Of a stretch of DNA of 64,000 nucleotides, positions 38,078 through 51,681 are shown in pieces. The position numbers and the translations under genes are program-made. Position 1 is the stretch's first letter. The number at the start of each line of letters is the position of its first letter. Under the pieces are notes generated by a model, which worked only from the letters and a program-made list of their open reading frames with translations, was not told the origin of the DNA and did not search any database. This stretch comes from Pseudovirgaria hyperparasitica (taxonomy: Eukaryota). The stretch lies in the NCBI GenBank assembly GCA_010093815.1, contig ML996574.1; one strand, given 5' to 3'.

Positions 38078-39102
38078 CTACAACTTCCCATTCATATAAA
38101 TCTTCCCCCCATCCAACACAAGCGTATGCCCATTAACATGCCCGCCAGCCCGACTACACAAAAACACCACCGCAGCCGCCACATCCTCGGCATTGCCCAA
38201 CCGCCCATTCGGATTCGCCCTCGCCGCGCTCTCCGCCCCACCACTCATCTCCAACAGCCCGTTGGACATCTTGCTCGGGAAAAACCCGGGCGCGACGCTG
38301 TTGACGAGGATGCGGTCGCCGTCCGTGGCAAAGGACATGGCGAGGTTGCGCGCGAGATGGAGCACGGCGGCCTTGGACGCGGCGTAGGAGAAGGTGGCCT
38401 GTTTGCCGAGCGTGGCGGTGTTTATGCCTGCGACGGAGCCGGTGACGAGGACGCGGGCCGGGTCGGCGGTGGAGGCGTTTTTGCGGAGGAGAGGTGCGAA
38501 TCTGGTGTTTGCAGTCAGTATAGACTTCCTAGACTCCCAGACGTGCGTAGGGGGGTTTCAGTGCGGCTTTTTCACGACGACGACGACGACGTACTTTTGG
38601 ACGGTGAAGAAGACGCTCTTCACGTTCAGGTCCATGACCTTGTCGAATGCGCTCTCGGTGAACTTGTCAAAGGCCTCGCCCCATGTCGCGCCTGCATTCG
38701 CGAAGAGGATATCCACATGGTCGGTATGCTTCGCGACCTCGGCGACAAGCCTATCGATTTCGCTGATCTTGGAGCTGTCCGCCGGGACCGAGATGGCTTG
38801 CGCACCGGGGCGTTTATTGGGGAGCGCGTTGAGGGCTGCGCAGGCTTCTTCGCAGGCCTTGGCTTTGCGCGACGTGATGAAGACTTTGGAGCAGCCGGCT
38901 TGGAGGAGACTGGGGTGTGTGTGATACGTGGTTAATAATGGACTGTGCATGTCTCTATGGAATCTGGCGGAAAAGAGCATACATACCCGGAGGCGCTGTG
39001 CAGACCTAGTCCGCGAGAACCGCCAGATACGACGGCGACTTTGCCTTCGAGGGAAAAGATGTTGGAGAAGTCTTGGAGCTTGACGTCTGCTTCGGCCGAC
39101 AT
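38078..39102 (-). CDS. Classical short-chain dehydrogenase/reductase (RhlG/3-oxoacyl-reductase-like), 2 introns
   Basis: GKVAVVSGGSRGLG, ANAG, catalytic YAASK, VNSVAPG; C-terminus GKL. Confidence 0.93.
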
Positions 39103-39655
39103 GGTGGTGGTGTTTAGCTAGTGTTGATATTGGGTTGCCAAGATTGACTACCAATTGCGAGGCTGGGGCTGTAAACTGAGATTGGAATTTGTATCGTTTG
39201 ATTGGAATGAAGACCTAGGCAATAAAGCAGAGAGATTTCACCTTGGAGCTGTGAATGATTGTGGGGAGAAATGTTGTTGCACGTCTAGATCCTGAAGCTC
39301 CGGCTAATGCTCCCGGACTGTGGGGAAGATACCGAGGCTTGACCCGAACTGGGGAAGATCCATATGCACTTCAGGAGTATTATAACAGTTTACACTGTTA
39401 TTTGACATATGGACGTTCAAATTCTGTAAAGCTATGCCCGACTATATGACTTGAATAGGTTTAGACAAAAATATCCCAAACCCCTGCTGAATGCAATGCA
39501 TATCTTGTGTAACTACCTATCCTGTAGCTTATTAAGTGTTTTTAGTGACACGTTGTATCAATTTTGAACCCCTCATGTGCAACTCCACTAAATGACCCTG
39601 GCAAAATGGTATAAAGACAACTTTTGGGACTCAGGAAATGGTGACACCCTCTTAT

Positions 39656-41673
39656 CTAAGAACCGTTCACTTGTGACTCGAGTTTGCTGACAATCGTGCT
39701 CGGTGCGTCTGGGCCATTAGCCGGGGCGTCTTTCGGCAGAACAGGCGACAAGTCTGGCGGTGTGATATCTTGTGTATTTGATCTTCTCGGACGGAATGGG
39801 ACTGGCGTACTTGGGCGACTCGACAGGAACTGATAAGGTCAATACACTACAGGTATTCAAGGGCCGCACAAGAGTACTTACGGAGGAGGCAGCTGATAAC
39901 AATGCAATCAGAGATGCCTGGACTACGTCGTGATGGATACCAACACCCCAGACCTTCTGCGAAGAGCTTGCAGCAGTACATTCAATGTAAGTTGCGGCCT
40001 TCACGTCACGACCGCCACCAATGGCATGCTCCTTGTAGTCTGCAACATCCAGATCGATACCAAGGTTTCTCAGAGCGTTCGCAAGGGATGAAATAGCACC
40101 ATTTCCTACACCACGAATCTTATGTTCCTGACCATCAATCTCGATGACGCCCGAGAACACTCTTCGGAGGTTCACATTGCTCTGAGATTTGCCGGTCTCT
40201 GGGGGCGCAGGCGATATCGAGCGGTCTGAAGTGATATCGTAATCTATCAGACTAAATCTAGGGTTTCGACGGAGGTGATAGGCTTCCTCGAAAAGCTTGG
40301 TGATTTCAGTGGGAAGAAGTTCGCGGCCAAGCATATCCGTTTCCTTCTGGACTATCTTGGAGAATGCGATTTGGAGGCCACGGGGTAGGTCCAGTTCGAG
40401 GTTGCGCAGAATGATCCAGGCGACGCCTCCTTTGCCACTCTGCGAATTAACTCTAATAATGGCCTCGTACGTTCGGCCAATATCCTGGGGATCCAAGGGA
40501 AGGTAGGGTATTTCCCACGGACTCTCAGAGTCTGCGCCTTGCAGTTTCCGTTCATGGAAACCTTTCTTGATCGCATCTTGATGCGAACCACTGAACGCAC
40601 ACACGACCAGTTGACCTCCATACGGGGCTCTTGGGTGGACTGGAATTTTGTTACACTTTTCGACGACGTCTATGACTGACGTTATATCTGAGAAGTCAAT
40701 ACCAGGATGAACACCCTGGGTGTACAGGTTCAGACCCAAGGTAACAAGGTCGACGTTGCCGGTACGCTCTCCGTTCCCAAATAGAGTACCTTCTACGCGA
40801 TCCGCACCCGCCATCTGGGCCAGCTCGGCCGCCGCAACGGCACAACCACGATCGTTATGTGGGTGCAGCGAGACGGCAAACTTCTCTCGTTCAGTCATGT
40901 TACGACAGAAGTACTCGACCTGATCAGCGTAGACGTTAGGAGTGGACATCTCGACTGTGGCCGGCAAGTTGAAGATAATTGGGTTCTCTGTTGAGGGCTC
41001 CCACGCAGCCTTCACAGCCTCACAAATCTCGACTGCGAACTCTGGGCTTGTGTCTGAGAAGGTTTCGGGAGAGAACTCGTACGCCCATTCCGTAGCAGCT
41101 TGTTCAGGGTCATCCTTGGTTATCGATCGCGCGTATTTCGTGCATTCCACCGCAAGTGCTTTTGACTGCTTGTTGTCCATGTTGAAGACAATTCTCTGGA
41201 AGCAAGGACTCGTCGCGAGGTACAGATGAAGAATTGCTTTCTTGGCACCTTTCAAGGAGTCGACTGTCCTACGAATGAGCTCTTTTCGGCATGGGGACAA
41301 GACTTGTAGCCAGACGTCGTCGGGTACGACATCTGGTGTATTCACGAGCTTTTGGGTGAAGTCGAAATCGGTTTGCGATGCAGATGGGAACGAGACTTCG
41401 ATTTCCTTATAGCCAAGCTTTGTGAGCATCTGGAAGTAGCGCCATTTCTGGTCACCATCCTGTGAGGGACGCGTTAGCTAGCTGTACGCCAATGCGGAGG
41501 TACGTGAGTAACAATTGTACCATTGGATCGACCAAGCTCTGGTTGCCATCTCGAAGATCGGTAGACAGCCACCGAGGCGGCTTCTCGATGATTTTGGAGG
41601 GCCATTGTCTGTCCGGCAAGTCCAATGGCGTGAACTTCCTATATTTTTTGGAGGGATCTTTGAGCATCGGCAT
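39656..41673 (-). CDS. LEU4: 2-isopropylmalate synthase (2 introns)
   Basis: [59 protein letters not shown], regulatory domain GNG..EHAIG. Confidence 0.97.
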
Positions 41674-42238
41674 TGTGTATGGGTGAATATAGTACAAAGG
41701 AAAGGAGGCCGTAGCCCAAGAGGAGGTTGACAGGTTCTTATTAAACTCGCAGTATGACTGGACCGCAAGTCCGCACGCCCTACAACAAATTTTGGGTGAC
41801 GTTAGCGGGGTAGTGGGACCGGGAAGCCCCACCCAAGCGATTTCGGCGAATATTGCTATGAATCCATCGGACTATTAATTAATTATAATTACACAACAAG
41901 AGCAGTATCCATATGTATAACCATCACCATGTGAATAGGCACCACCATCTCATGCTTGTAGACGACAATTAGTTAGATTTCAATCCTAAGAAAGAGTTCT
42001 TGCTTGTGGTAGAGGGTGTAGCTTCCAGCACAGAAAGCCATATTCACTGCGATTGGCTCTCGCGGAAGTGATGTACATACATGCTGGCTGAGGAGTCCGA
42101 TACTGCAATGCAGCCACATACTGATAGCTCCTGCAGGAAAAGTATCATGTGCCATAAATGAAGAGACAGAGACAAAGGAAAAGTCGACACATTGCACAAA
42201 TCGATTATACAGACAAACAAGAACCAAACCATCATGTG

Positions 42239-43473
42239 TCATATCTTACTATCGTTTGGCTGCTTCAGGCGCACAACGCCCTGAAACATGTTAGTCAAGC
42301 TTTAGATCATCATGTCATTGCGTTCACTTGCCTCTTGGACGCAGGTTGCGACTAGTACCCCTTCTCGGGTAAATATTTTCTGGAACACAAGTCCACGTCC
42401 ATCACCAGCCCAGGGTGACTCCATCTCCGAGTACAGCCAGTCATCTGCTCGGAACGCTCTTGGATTGTGGAAATATATGGTATGGTCCAAGCTGACCATC
42501 ATGCCGATCATCGGATATTCTTTCACGATATTCTCGCCATTGCGAAGGCGTTGAATCGTACTCTCGTCCATGCCAGCTCTCTCCTTCAAGACGCGGTCAT
42601 CGAGCGATAGAAGTTTCTTCAGTGTCATTTCGTCGACCGTCGACTGTCTGTCACTTCGCGAACCGGTGGCCCATCGCCAAAGCTTGTGTACTCTTGCCAC
42701 TGTCCCAATGAAGTAGCTGTCCGACATGTAGGCGAGTGCAGATAGATGGGCTTGGTGGCCGCCTTCTTTTGAGATGTTTCCTGCAACTTTTGTCCATTGT
42801 CTGGTCCGTTTGATCGTCGGATCGTATGAGTCGTCTAGTACAATCAGTAGGTGGCCCTTGGAAGTATTCTTGTCCGTCTAACTCCTTCACTAACCATTTA
42901 AGATATCAATTCGCTGGCTCTGGAACGGTCCTTGCTCCCCAGGTCCACCGCCAGATCTAAGGTCGTCTGTGTCATCCTTTGGTGGTGGGACGCGAGCCAT
43001 GCTGGACTGGTGCTCGACTCTCTTTGTCCCCCCTGAGTTATTTCTTGCAAAGCTCATGGTAGTCGTGAAGATGACCTTGGCTCTCTGACGTGCTTGCACT
43101 GTTCGGGTGATGAAGGACCTTCCATCTCTCACTCTCTCGACATGATATATGACGGGAATCTCAGCGTTGCCGGCCATGACGAAGTAACAGTGCATCGAAT
43201 GAATGGCATAGTCGTCGGGAACTGTCCTTTGCGCAGCACTCAGGCATTGCGCAACTGTTCTTCGCAGTTAGAACATGTTATTCAAGGCTCTCTCGGTAGT
43301 GAAGGCATACTAGCAGCGCCGCCATATATACCTCTTGCACCTTTTGGTGTCCACAACGGTCGGGTATTCGTGAAGAGGTTGGGATCGATATCATTGAGCT
43401 GCGTCAGTTCGAGTACATTTTCGATGGGAGATTTAGCTGGGTCGATTGGTGGAGGCTTGACAAGGGTGGTCAT
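42239..43473 (-). CDS. TES1: Peroxisomal acyl-CoA thioesterase II (TesB/ACOT8 family); 3 introns, the last GC-AG (42281-42331)
   Basis: RGIYGG, HSMHCYF, RDGRSF, AYMSD, SLDHTIYFH, CVQE|GVVRL; ends SKI (PTS1-like). Confidence 0.94.
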
Positions 43474-44529
43474 GATGGGCAGAGAGGGAAGGGTTGCACG
43501 ACAGGAGGATTGTGCAGAGATGTATGAACGTCAATGGGTATGATATGAAATATATGAAAACCGCGTGGTGAGGCTTCTTTACACGCTCTCTGTAAACATT
43601 GGCTCATCGATATGAGACGGGATGTCCGACCATAATTAATACGTAGCATCATCTCATCTCTCAACGCGTCTCCGAGACGGACGGACGTGAACCACGCTGG
43701 AGCCCGGTCATGGAGCCGAGGTCTAAGACCTTGGCTGCTCGGGTTGGGCATGATGGATTGTTTTAAGCCCGGGCGCCGGCCGGTGTGGGCGAGCGTGCGC
43801 CCTCCCGCCCGACTACTGGCCCCCTACCTACAGTCGAAGTAAAAGTACTGTACCTGACGTGCCCAGGTGGCGGCGGCCCGGGTAAGGTGCGTGGTGGGTG
43901 CACTCGGGCTTCTCCAAGTACAGTATTACCGTAGCCAGGATCCTACTGTATTACTGGGCAGGTGAGGTGGTCTGAGCCCTGAGATGGATCGTGTCGCAGG
44001 CTGTATAGAATGCTCTCGTCCAAACAGTCGTGGCTTGCAACCTCAGGCAGCGAACATCTAGATGCCCCAATAAGACACCCATCAATACCTCCAAACAGAT
44101 AATCCTCGTGCATTCCATGCATAACTATACATTTGACCTTGACAAGTGGTAATCGTTCTTGGATGATAGCCGATAATAGGAAGTGATAGTAATTAGCTGA
44201 TGATAGGCGCCGTCTCCAGGAACATTCATATCGGGCTAGCCTGACAAACGCCGTGTGCTCTCCCGTGAGCGCCCCCCACTGCGTCATTCGAAGGAAGCCG
44301 TCCAAGGTTGCAGGCGATGTGGCATTGTGAAGTCTGCTTGAACATTCAAGACAAATATTTCGTAAACATCGCGTTTCTGTGGCTAAGACCGTCTGAGCAA
44401 TCGCATACATCCGCTTGCTTGCACAAACTACTCCCTTCCCCCGCCTGGGATGAATCACCATTCGCGCCTCTGACGTGAAACCCACATCTACAAACAGCGC
44501 CTTGGACAGTCGCGTGGGCAATCGCCATT

Positions 44530-47500
44530 ATGGCGGAGTCACATCCAGAGCTAGAACGAAAGCTTCAAGAGCTAGATCATGAACTAGAGGTAAGCAACAA
44601 TGCCATCTACCTTCAAGAGGCTGCTCCGTGTCTCCTGGCGCACTGCACAATATTGACCTTATTCGCTTTCGCAGGACGGTGATATCACACGAAAAGGGTA
44701 CATGATATTCCCCTCCCGAAGTTCAGTTGCAGTACGCTGATGCGCCGATTCTTAGATATGAGAAACGTCGTACCATCCTCCTATCCCAATTTCTCGGGCC
44801 TGGCATCCCACAACCTCCGGTAGACATCCAGGTACAGCCTGCAGAAGATGACGGCGCTTCATACGATGGACAATCCGTGGCTCCTCTGCGTACTTCCAGT
44901 ATGATATCGTCTCAATCACAGTATGCACAGAATCCGCAGTATGCGCAGCAACCACAGTATGCACATCAATCGCAGTACGCTCCGCAGAACCAGGGACCAT
45001 ACGGTGGACGACAGTCTTCGGGCGAATACATGGCATACCCTCCAAGTCAAGTCGGCAGGTTTCAGGAGCGCCAGCTAGGAATTCGGAACAATAGCATGCA
45101 AAGTCAGAGGCAATCCTCGTTCGGCGGCTCTGTCACACCAGACACATTCCAGTATTCAAGAGAAGGTACCATGGTAAACTCGGATTATGCTTTCAACCCC
45201 GCGAACGAACCAGGCTACCAAGACCACGGGGGAGACAGTAGTCGGATGAGCACAATGCTCGAGTCTCAGCAGGGTTACTTCTCCGACTTTGCAGGTCAAC
45301 AAGCGCAGGAGCCTCGAGAAAGCTATGGGGGACCTAACAGATATTCCACAGGAGACGCCTTTTCACCTACAGCAGCAGTTCCACCACCAATGCTTGATCA
45401 ATACGATCTTCCTTCCATCGAGTGCCAACTACCTTTGGAGCCCAGAGACGTACCGTTCGCGGTCAATGATCCACATAATGCAGGTGTACCGATGGCCAAG
45501 TTTGATAATCTCGCGGCAGTCTTGCGTCACCGAGGACGCACGAACCAGAAGCAGACAGCATATTGGGTAATAGATCCGAAGGGTAAAGAGACGCAGTCGA
45601 TCACATGGGAAAAGCTTGCCAGTCGTGCGGAAAAAGTCGCCAAAGTCATCAGAGACAAGAGCAATCTATATCGCGGCGATCGTGTAGCGCTTGTGTACAG
45701 GGACAATGAAATCATTGATTTCGCCGTTGCGCTACTCGGGTGCTTCATCGCTGGAGTTGTGGCTGTTCCCATGAATAGCGTTGACGACTACCAGAAGCTG
45801 AGCCTCCTACTGACAACTACGCAAGCCCATCTCGCTCTGACAACGGAGAACAACCTGAAGGCATTCCATCGAGACATAAGCCAGAATCGACTCAAGTGGC
45901 CGACCGGCGTCGAGTGGTGGAAGACCAATGAATTCGGCTCCTATCAGCCCAGGAAACATGACGACGTACCTCCTTTACAAGTACCGGATCTGGCTTATAT
46001 TGAGTTCTCTCGTGCCCCAACTGGTGACCTTCGAGGTGTAGTATTGAGTCATCGAACCATTATGCATCAGATGGCATGCATGAGTGCAATCATATCAACA
46101 ATCCCAACAACTGGCTCTGCAAGTAAAGATACATTTAATACGACATTGCGGGATAGAAACGGAAACCTGATCAACACAGCCGGCGCTCCAAAGTCATCTG
46201 GTGCGGAGGTTATTATGAGTTATCTGGACCCGAGGGAGGGAGCGGGACTCATCATGGGTGTACTACTAGGTGTGTACGGAGGGCATACCACTGTGTGGAT
46301 GGAAGCACGAACTGTAGAAACACCCGGGCTTTACGCTTATTTGATATCGAAATATAGAACGACCATCATTGTGGGCGACTATCCTGGCCTAAAACGATCT
46401 GCGTACAATTACCAACAGGATCCGATGGCCACACGTAACTTCAAGAAGAACATGGAACCAAACTTTGCCACTCTCAAAATTTGCCTTATCGACACTCTCA
46501 CAGTCGACTCCGAATTTCACGAAGTCTTGGGGGATCGATGGCTGAAGCCATTGCGAAATCCTCGTGGAAAAGAGCTTGTTGCTCCGATGCTCTGTCTGCC
46601 CGAGCACGGTGGGATGATAATCTCTGTTCGAGACTGGCTTGGTGGTGAGGAACGCATGGGATGTCCACTGAGCGAGGACGAGCCTCAGGAAGTTGAAGTG
46701 GACACGACAGAAGCACCACCAAGTGTTTCGAATGGATACTCTAGTCTCATCGGAGGGGGTACAGTAAAGAAAGCGACCAAACCCAAGAGCAGGACTGAAC
46801 TCAGCGAGATTCTCTTGGACAAAGAAGCATTGAAAACGAACGAAATTATTGTCATCGCTATGGGCGATGAAGCTCGAAAACGAGCGAACGAGCCTGGAAC
46901 TTTGCGCGTTGGTGCTTTTGGGTATCCTATTCCGGATGCCACTTTAGCACTAGTTGATCCAGAGACAAGCTTACTATGCGCTCCGTACACGATTGGAGAG
47001 ATCTGGGTCGATTCGCCATCCTTGTCCGGTGGTTTCTGGGCTTTACCAAAGCACACCGAAACTATTTTCCACGCGCGTCCATACCGTTTCATGGAAGGTA
47101 ATCCCACTCCTGTACTCGTCGAACCTGAATTCCTACGCACTGGTCTCCTTGGATGTATCGTCGAAGGCAAGATATTTGTGCTAGGCTTGTACGAAGACCG
47201 CATCAGGCAAAGGGTGGAGTGGATGGAACACGGTGAAATGGCCGAACATCGATACTTTTTCGTACAACACCTTGTTCTCAGCATCATGAAGACTGTGCCG
47301 AAAATATATGACTGGTAAGAACTCCGACTTGATATATTGCGACCTACTTACGAGTATAGCTCTGCCTTCGACTCGCATGTGAATGGAGAATACCTACCCA
47401 TCATCCTGATCGAGACGCAAGCTGCGTCTACTGCGCCGACCACAGCAGGTGGTCCCCCACGACAGCTGGACATCCCGTTCCTGGAATCTTTATCGGACCG

Positions 47501-50445
47501 TGTGATTGAAGTGCTCTATTCAGAGCACCATCTCCGAGTGTACTGCGTCATGATAACTGCTCCCAACACATTGCCCCGTGTCGTCAAGAATGGACGTAGA
47601 GAAATTGGTAACATGCTTTGCCGCAGGGAGTTCGAAAGTGGATCGCTCCCCTGCGTACACGTAAAGTTTGGTATCGAAAAGGCGGTACAAAACCTACCCC
47701 TTGGTGATGATCCACAAGGTGGCATATTCAGCCCGCTCTCATCGCAAACGCGCCAGGACTACGTGATGATGCAAGATAAGCAGTATTCGGGCGTTGATTA
47801 TCGTGAGGTAGTCATTGACGATCGAACCTCTACACCACTCAATAAGTTCACCAACATTCACGATCTTATGCAATGGCGAGTCTCCAGACAGGCCGAGGAA
47901 CTGGCCTATTGCACTGTAGATGGGCGTGGGAAAGAAGGTAAAGGCGTAAATTGGCGAAAATTCGACCTCAAGGTAGCCGCCGTAGCCCTATACCTGAAGA
48001 ATAAGGTCAAAGTGCGGCCTGGTGATCACCTCGTTCTTATGTACACTCACTCAGAGGACTTCGTGTTCGCGGTACATGCTTGCTGGGTCTTGGGTGCTAT
48101 CGTCATTCCTATGGCACCAATCGATCAAAATCGGCTAAACGAGGACGCACCAGCACTCTTACACATGATCTCTGACTTCAAGGTCAAAGCAATACTGGTC
48201 AACGCAGACGTGGACCATCTCCTAAAAACAAAGGCAGTCTCACAGCATGTAAAACAGTCCGCAATGATTCTGAAGATATCGTTGCCTAACATCTACAACA
48301 CCACAAAACCACCAAAGCAATCGAGTGGCTGTCGCGAGCATAAACTCACCATGCAAACAGCCTGGGTGCAGTCCGGGTATCCTGCACTCATTTGGACGTA
48401 CTGGACTCCCGATCAACGACGAATGGCTGTCCAGATGAACCACGACACCTTAATGGCTTTATGTAAGGTACAGAAAGAAACTTGTCAAATGACGAGCACG
48501 AGACCTGTGCTAGGGTGCGTCCGTAGTACGATCGGTCTTGGCTTTATTCACACCTGCCTCATGGGCATTTTCCTAGGTATGTCGTCTCAAGCCGCTTATG
48601 AACTAATACTCACGTGAAATAGCTGCCCCTACATATCTTGTATCTCCTGTCGACTTCGCCGCAAACCCTCAAATCCTTTTCCAAACACTCTCCAGATATA
48701 AGATCAAGGACACATACGCGACGAGCCAGATGTTGGACCATGCGATTGGCCATGGGGCTGGTAAGAACACTGGTCTGCACGAACTCCGCAACCTCATGAT
48801 TTCGACCGACGGGCGACCGCGTGCTGAGGTATATCAAAAAGTCCGGCTTCATTTTGCAGGTGCAGGTCTGGACAGGACTGCTATCAACACGATCTACTCA
48901 CATGTCTTAAACCCTATGGTAGCCTCTCGGTCATACATGTGTATTGAACCCATCGAGTTGTGGCTAGACATGAATATGCTGCGGCGCGGCCTTGTTGTGC
49001 CTGTGGATCCAGATACGGAACCATTCGCGCTACTCGTCCAGGATTCAGGCATGGTACCTGTCAGTACACAGCTTGCCATTGTAAATCCAGAAACCAATCG
49101 TCTTTGCTTGGTTGGCGAATACGGCGAGATTTGGGTACAGTCGGAGGCGAACGCACACTGCTTCTATGGAAGCAAAGACCCCATCGATTATGAAAGGCTG
49201 AACGGCAGAACAGTCGATGGCGATCCAGAAGTTCGCTATGTGCGGACAGGTGACCTTGGGTTCCTGCACAACGTGAGCAGGCCTATTGGACCGAACGGCG
49301 GCATGGTTGAAATGCAAGTGCTGTTCGTACTTGGTGCTATTGGGGACACATTCGAAGTCAATGGCTTAAATCACTTTGCAATGGATATTGAGCTGAGCGT
49401 CGAGAAATGCCACCGGAATATAGTTCCGAATGGATGGTAAGTCCACTACAACTCGAATTTTTGTCTGCCTACTTACATGATTCGCAGTGCTGTCATTCAA
49501 GCTGGCGGCCTTGTCGTTCTTCTTGTAGAGATTGTGCGCAAAAACTTTCTCGCCTCCCTCGTCCCGGTCATTGTGAACGCTGTGCTCAATGAACACCACC
49601 TTGTCACCGACATTGTTGCCTTTGTGGGGAAAGGGGATTTCCCTCGCTCGCGCCTCGGTGAAAAGCAGCGCAGCAAGATCCTCGCGTCTTGGGTCACGCG
49701 TAAAATGCGGACTATCGCTCAATTCGCAATCCGCGATCCAGATATGGACGTGAGCCAGATCACTGAAATACCAGAAGGGCGCACCCTGACTATGCAGAGT
49801 CGTACTCCTACAGGCCTCGCAAGTATGAAGCGCCCAAGCAGTTTGAAACACGAGCTTGCCGCAAACTCCATGTCACCTGGGTCGATCAATTTACCTCCAG
49901 GAATAGCAGAGATGCCTACCTCATATCAAGAATCCATCGCCGAGCTACCTGATAACGAACGTGGTGGTGTGACACCGACGGAAAACACCCGCAAAGAGTT
50001 TCTCAACTCAGAGCAACAGCTGCACCACGATTCCATAGGTGTCGCGATGAGCGAGCATGACCCACTAGTCGATACCTCGGTCGCTGCGGATACAGCTTCT
50101 GCTGCACTACATCGGCGACCGGTGCCTGGAAGAGCTATGTCCTCTGAATACGCGAGAACCGGCGAAGCATCTGCTACCTTCGACCCCAGCATTCCCGCAA
50201 TGTTGCAGCCACAGGTACCGCGAAGCTATGCCCCGAATCAGGATGGCCATCATCTAGGCCAAGGCTACAACGATCAGCCAGAGTTCACGCCAGGGGACGA
50301 TGCTAGCCCAGACCCAAACTACGCAAGCAAGCCGTTTCTAGACGTCGAATTCGATCATGAGAAGCGGAAGAGTGGCGAGAGCGAGGACTGGCCGCAGGAG
50401 GCACTGGGATACATGAGTCTGGGCAACCCATCGTCTCGGTCTTAG
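44530..50445 (+). CDS. DIP2: DIP2 family protein (DMAP1-binding domain plus two adenylation-like FLD domains; fungal CPS1/CMR2-like), 5 introns
   Basis: LQELDHELE|DGDITRKG|YEKRR DMAP motif; ITWEKLASRAEKVA, LAYIEFSRAPTGDLRGV, FLRTGLLG, YVRTGDLGFLH, SRLGEKQR. Confidence 0.95.
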
Positions 50446-51681
50446 GTATATAGAGCTGGTCGGAGGGAGAGAGATATTCTGTGTTCTTGCATACATGGTC
50501 GTGTATATCTAGGGATGATAATTGGCGGGTCTCGTGCAAATAATGGCGACTTGATGGGTTGTTTCAACGGTGGTTGTGTAATAATTGAATGGCTTCAGCT
50601 TTCATTGCCTGTGTTGATCTTTGTCACGGGGCACATGGGCTCGCGATTAGAAGTCGGTTCTTTCATTGATCCATTCATCAGCAAGTCTGACTAGAGTATA
50701 TTGTTGAAAGTAGCCTCAGGAGACCAGAGGCTGACGTTATGGCCCGAGAATTAAGGCACCATCAATAATTTATATTTAGAATCACTAGCGCGACTCCAAC
50801 AGAGCGACTAAACTCGGTGTCCTACATCACGTCTCGCTTCTAATCCATCCTACACCTTCGCATACATTCCTGTTAGCATGCGTTTTCGAGAGCAGAATAG
50901 CCTAGATCCTCGCTTTTCCTACTGTGAATATCACTACGAGACGCGTTACCGGCCGACGTTTTTCAGTCTACGCCTCTCTCGCCAGTGTCGAAAAACTCTA
51001 GACTACGAATGGCTTAAGTGGGTTTTACGGTTGGTTTTGCACCTGTTTGTTTTATGCTGGAGCCATGTTCTACTTCAAAGTATGAAAGGATCCATCGAGT
51101 CTTTATTTAGACTCTCAACGCCTTCAATCTAGGCCCATACGGTCGAAACGTCTTGTTTGACAATACGACCCCCGCTCTTCGCTTGGCTGTTTGAGATCCT
51201 AGTAGAGATGTTGTTGTAATATGTCAAAGCTGGAGAAATCCTACTGAACGGATTTGATCCTTGCACCCCCCAAACAGACCAGCTCGGCCCTATCACAGAG
51301 GCTGCACGGGGGTTGGAGTCCTGGAGTGTTGTATATTCGTTCCTGAATCCACAGTTTCAAGAGTCATGTGGTACGTACCGTAGAAGATTGCCGTGCCGTC
51401 GAAACTCGGCCGTTCTTGGAAGTGATGATTCACTGCGAAACTACCGAACGTTGAACATGTCTGGTACGCTCTGCTGTGGTACGGGAATTGGGTGGTCTAT
51501 TTGATACGTACTAAAGAGCGTGGGTAGACTTGTTCTTCGACTACCATCGCATAGCTTATTTCTACCTACCACCGTTCATTTCTAGACAATTCGCTCTGGC
51601 AGCACACAGTTATCAAGAGCATTGATTGCTTCTATTTCATTAATCATCTATTACGACTCTCTTCTTTTGATAAACATCACT

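Noticed and set aside
41674..41832. Open in-frame region upstream of LEU4 as a mitochondrial presequence
   Set aside because: No ATG, and the proximal sequence is not Arg-rich or amphipathic.
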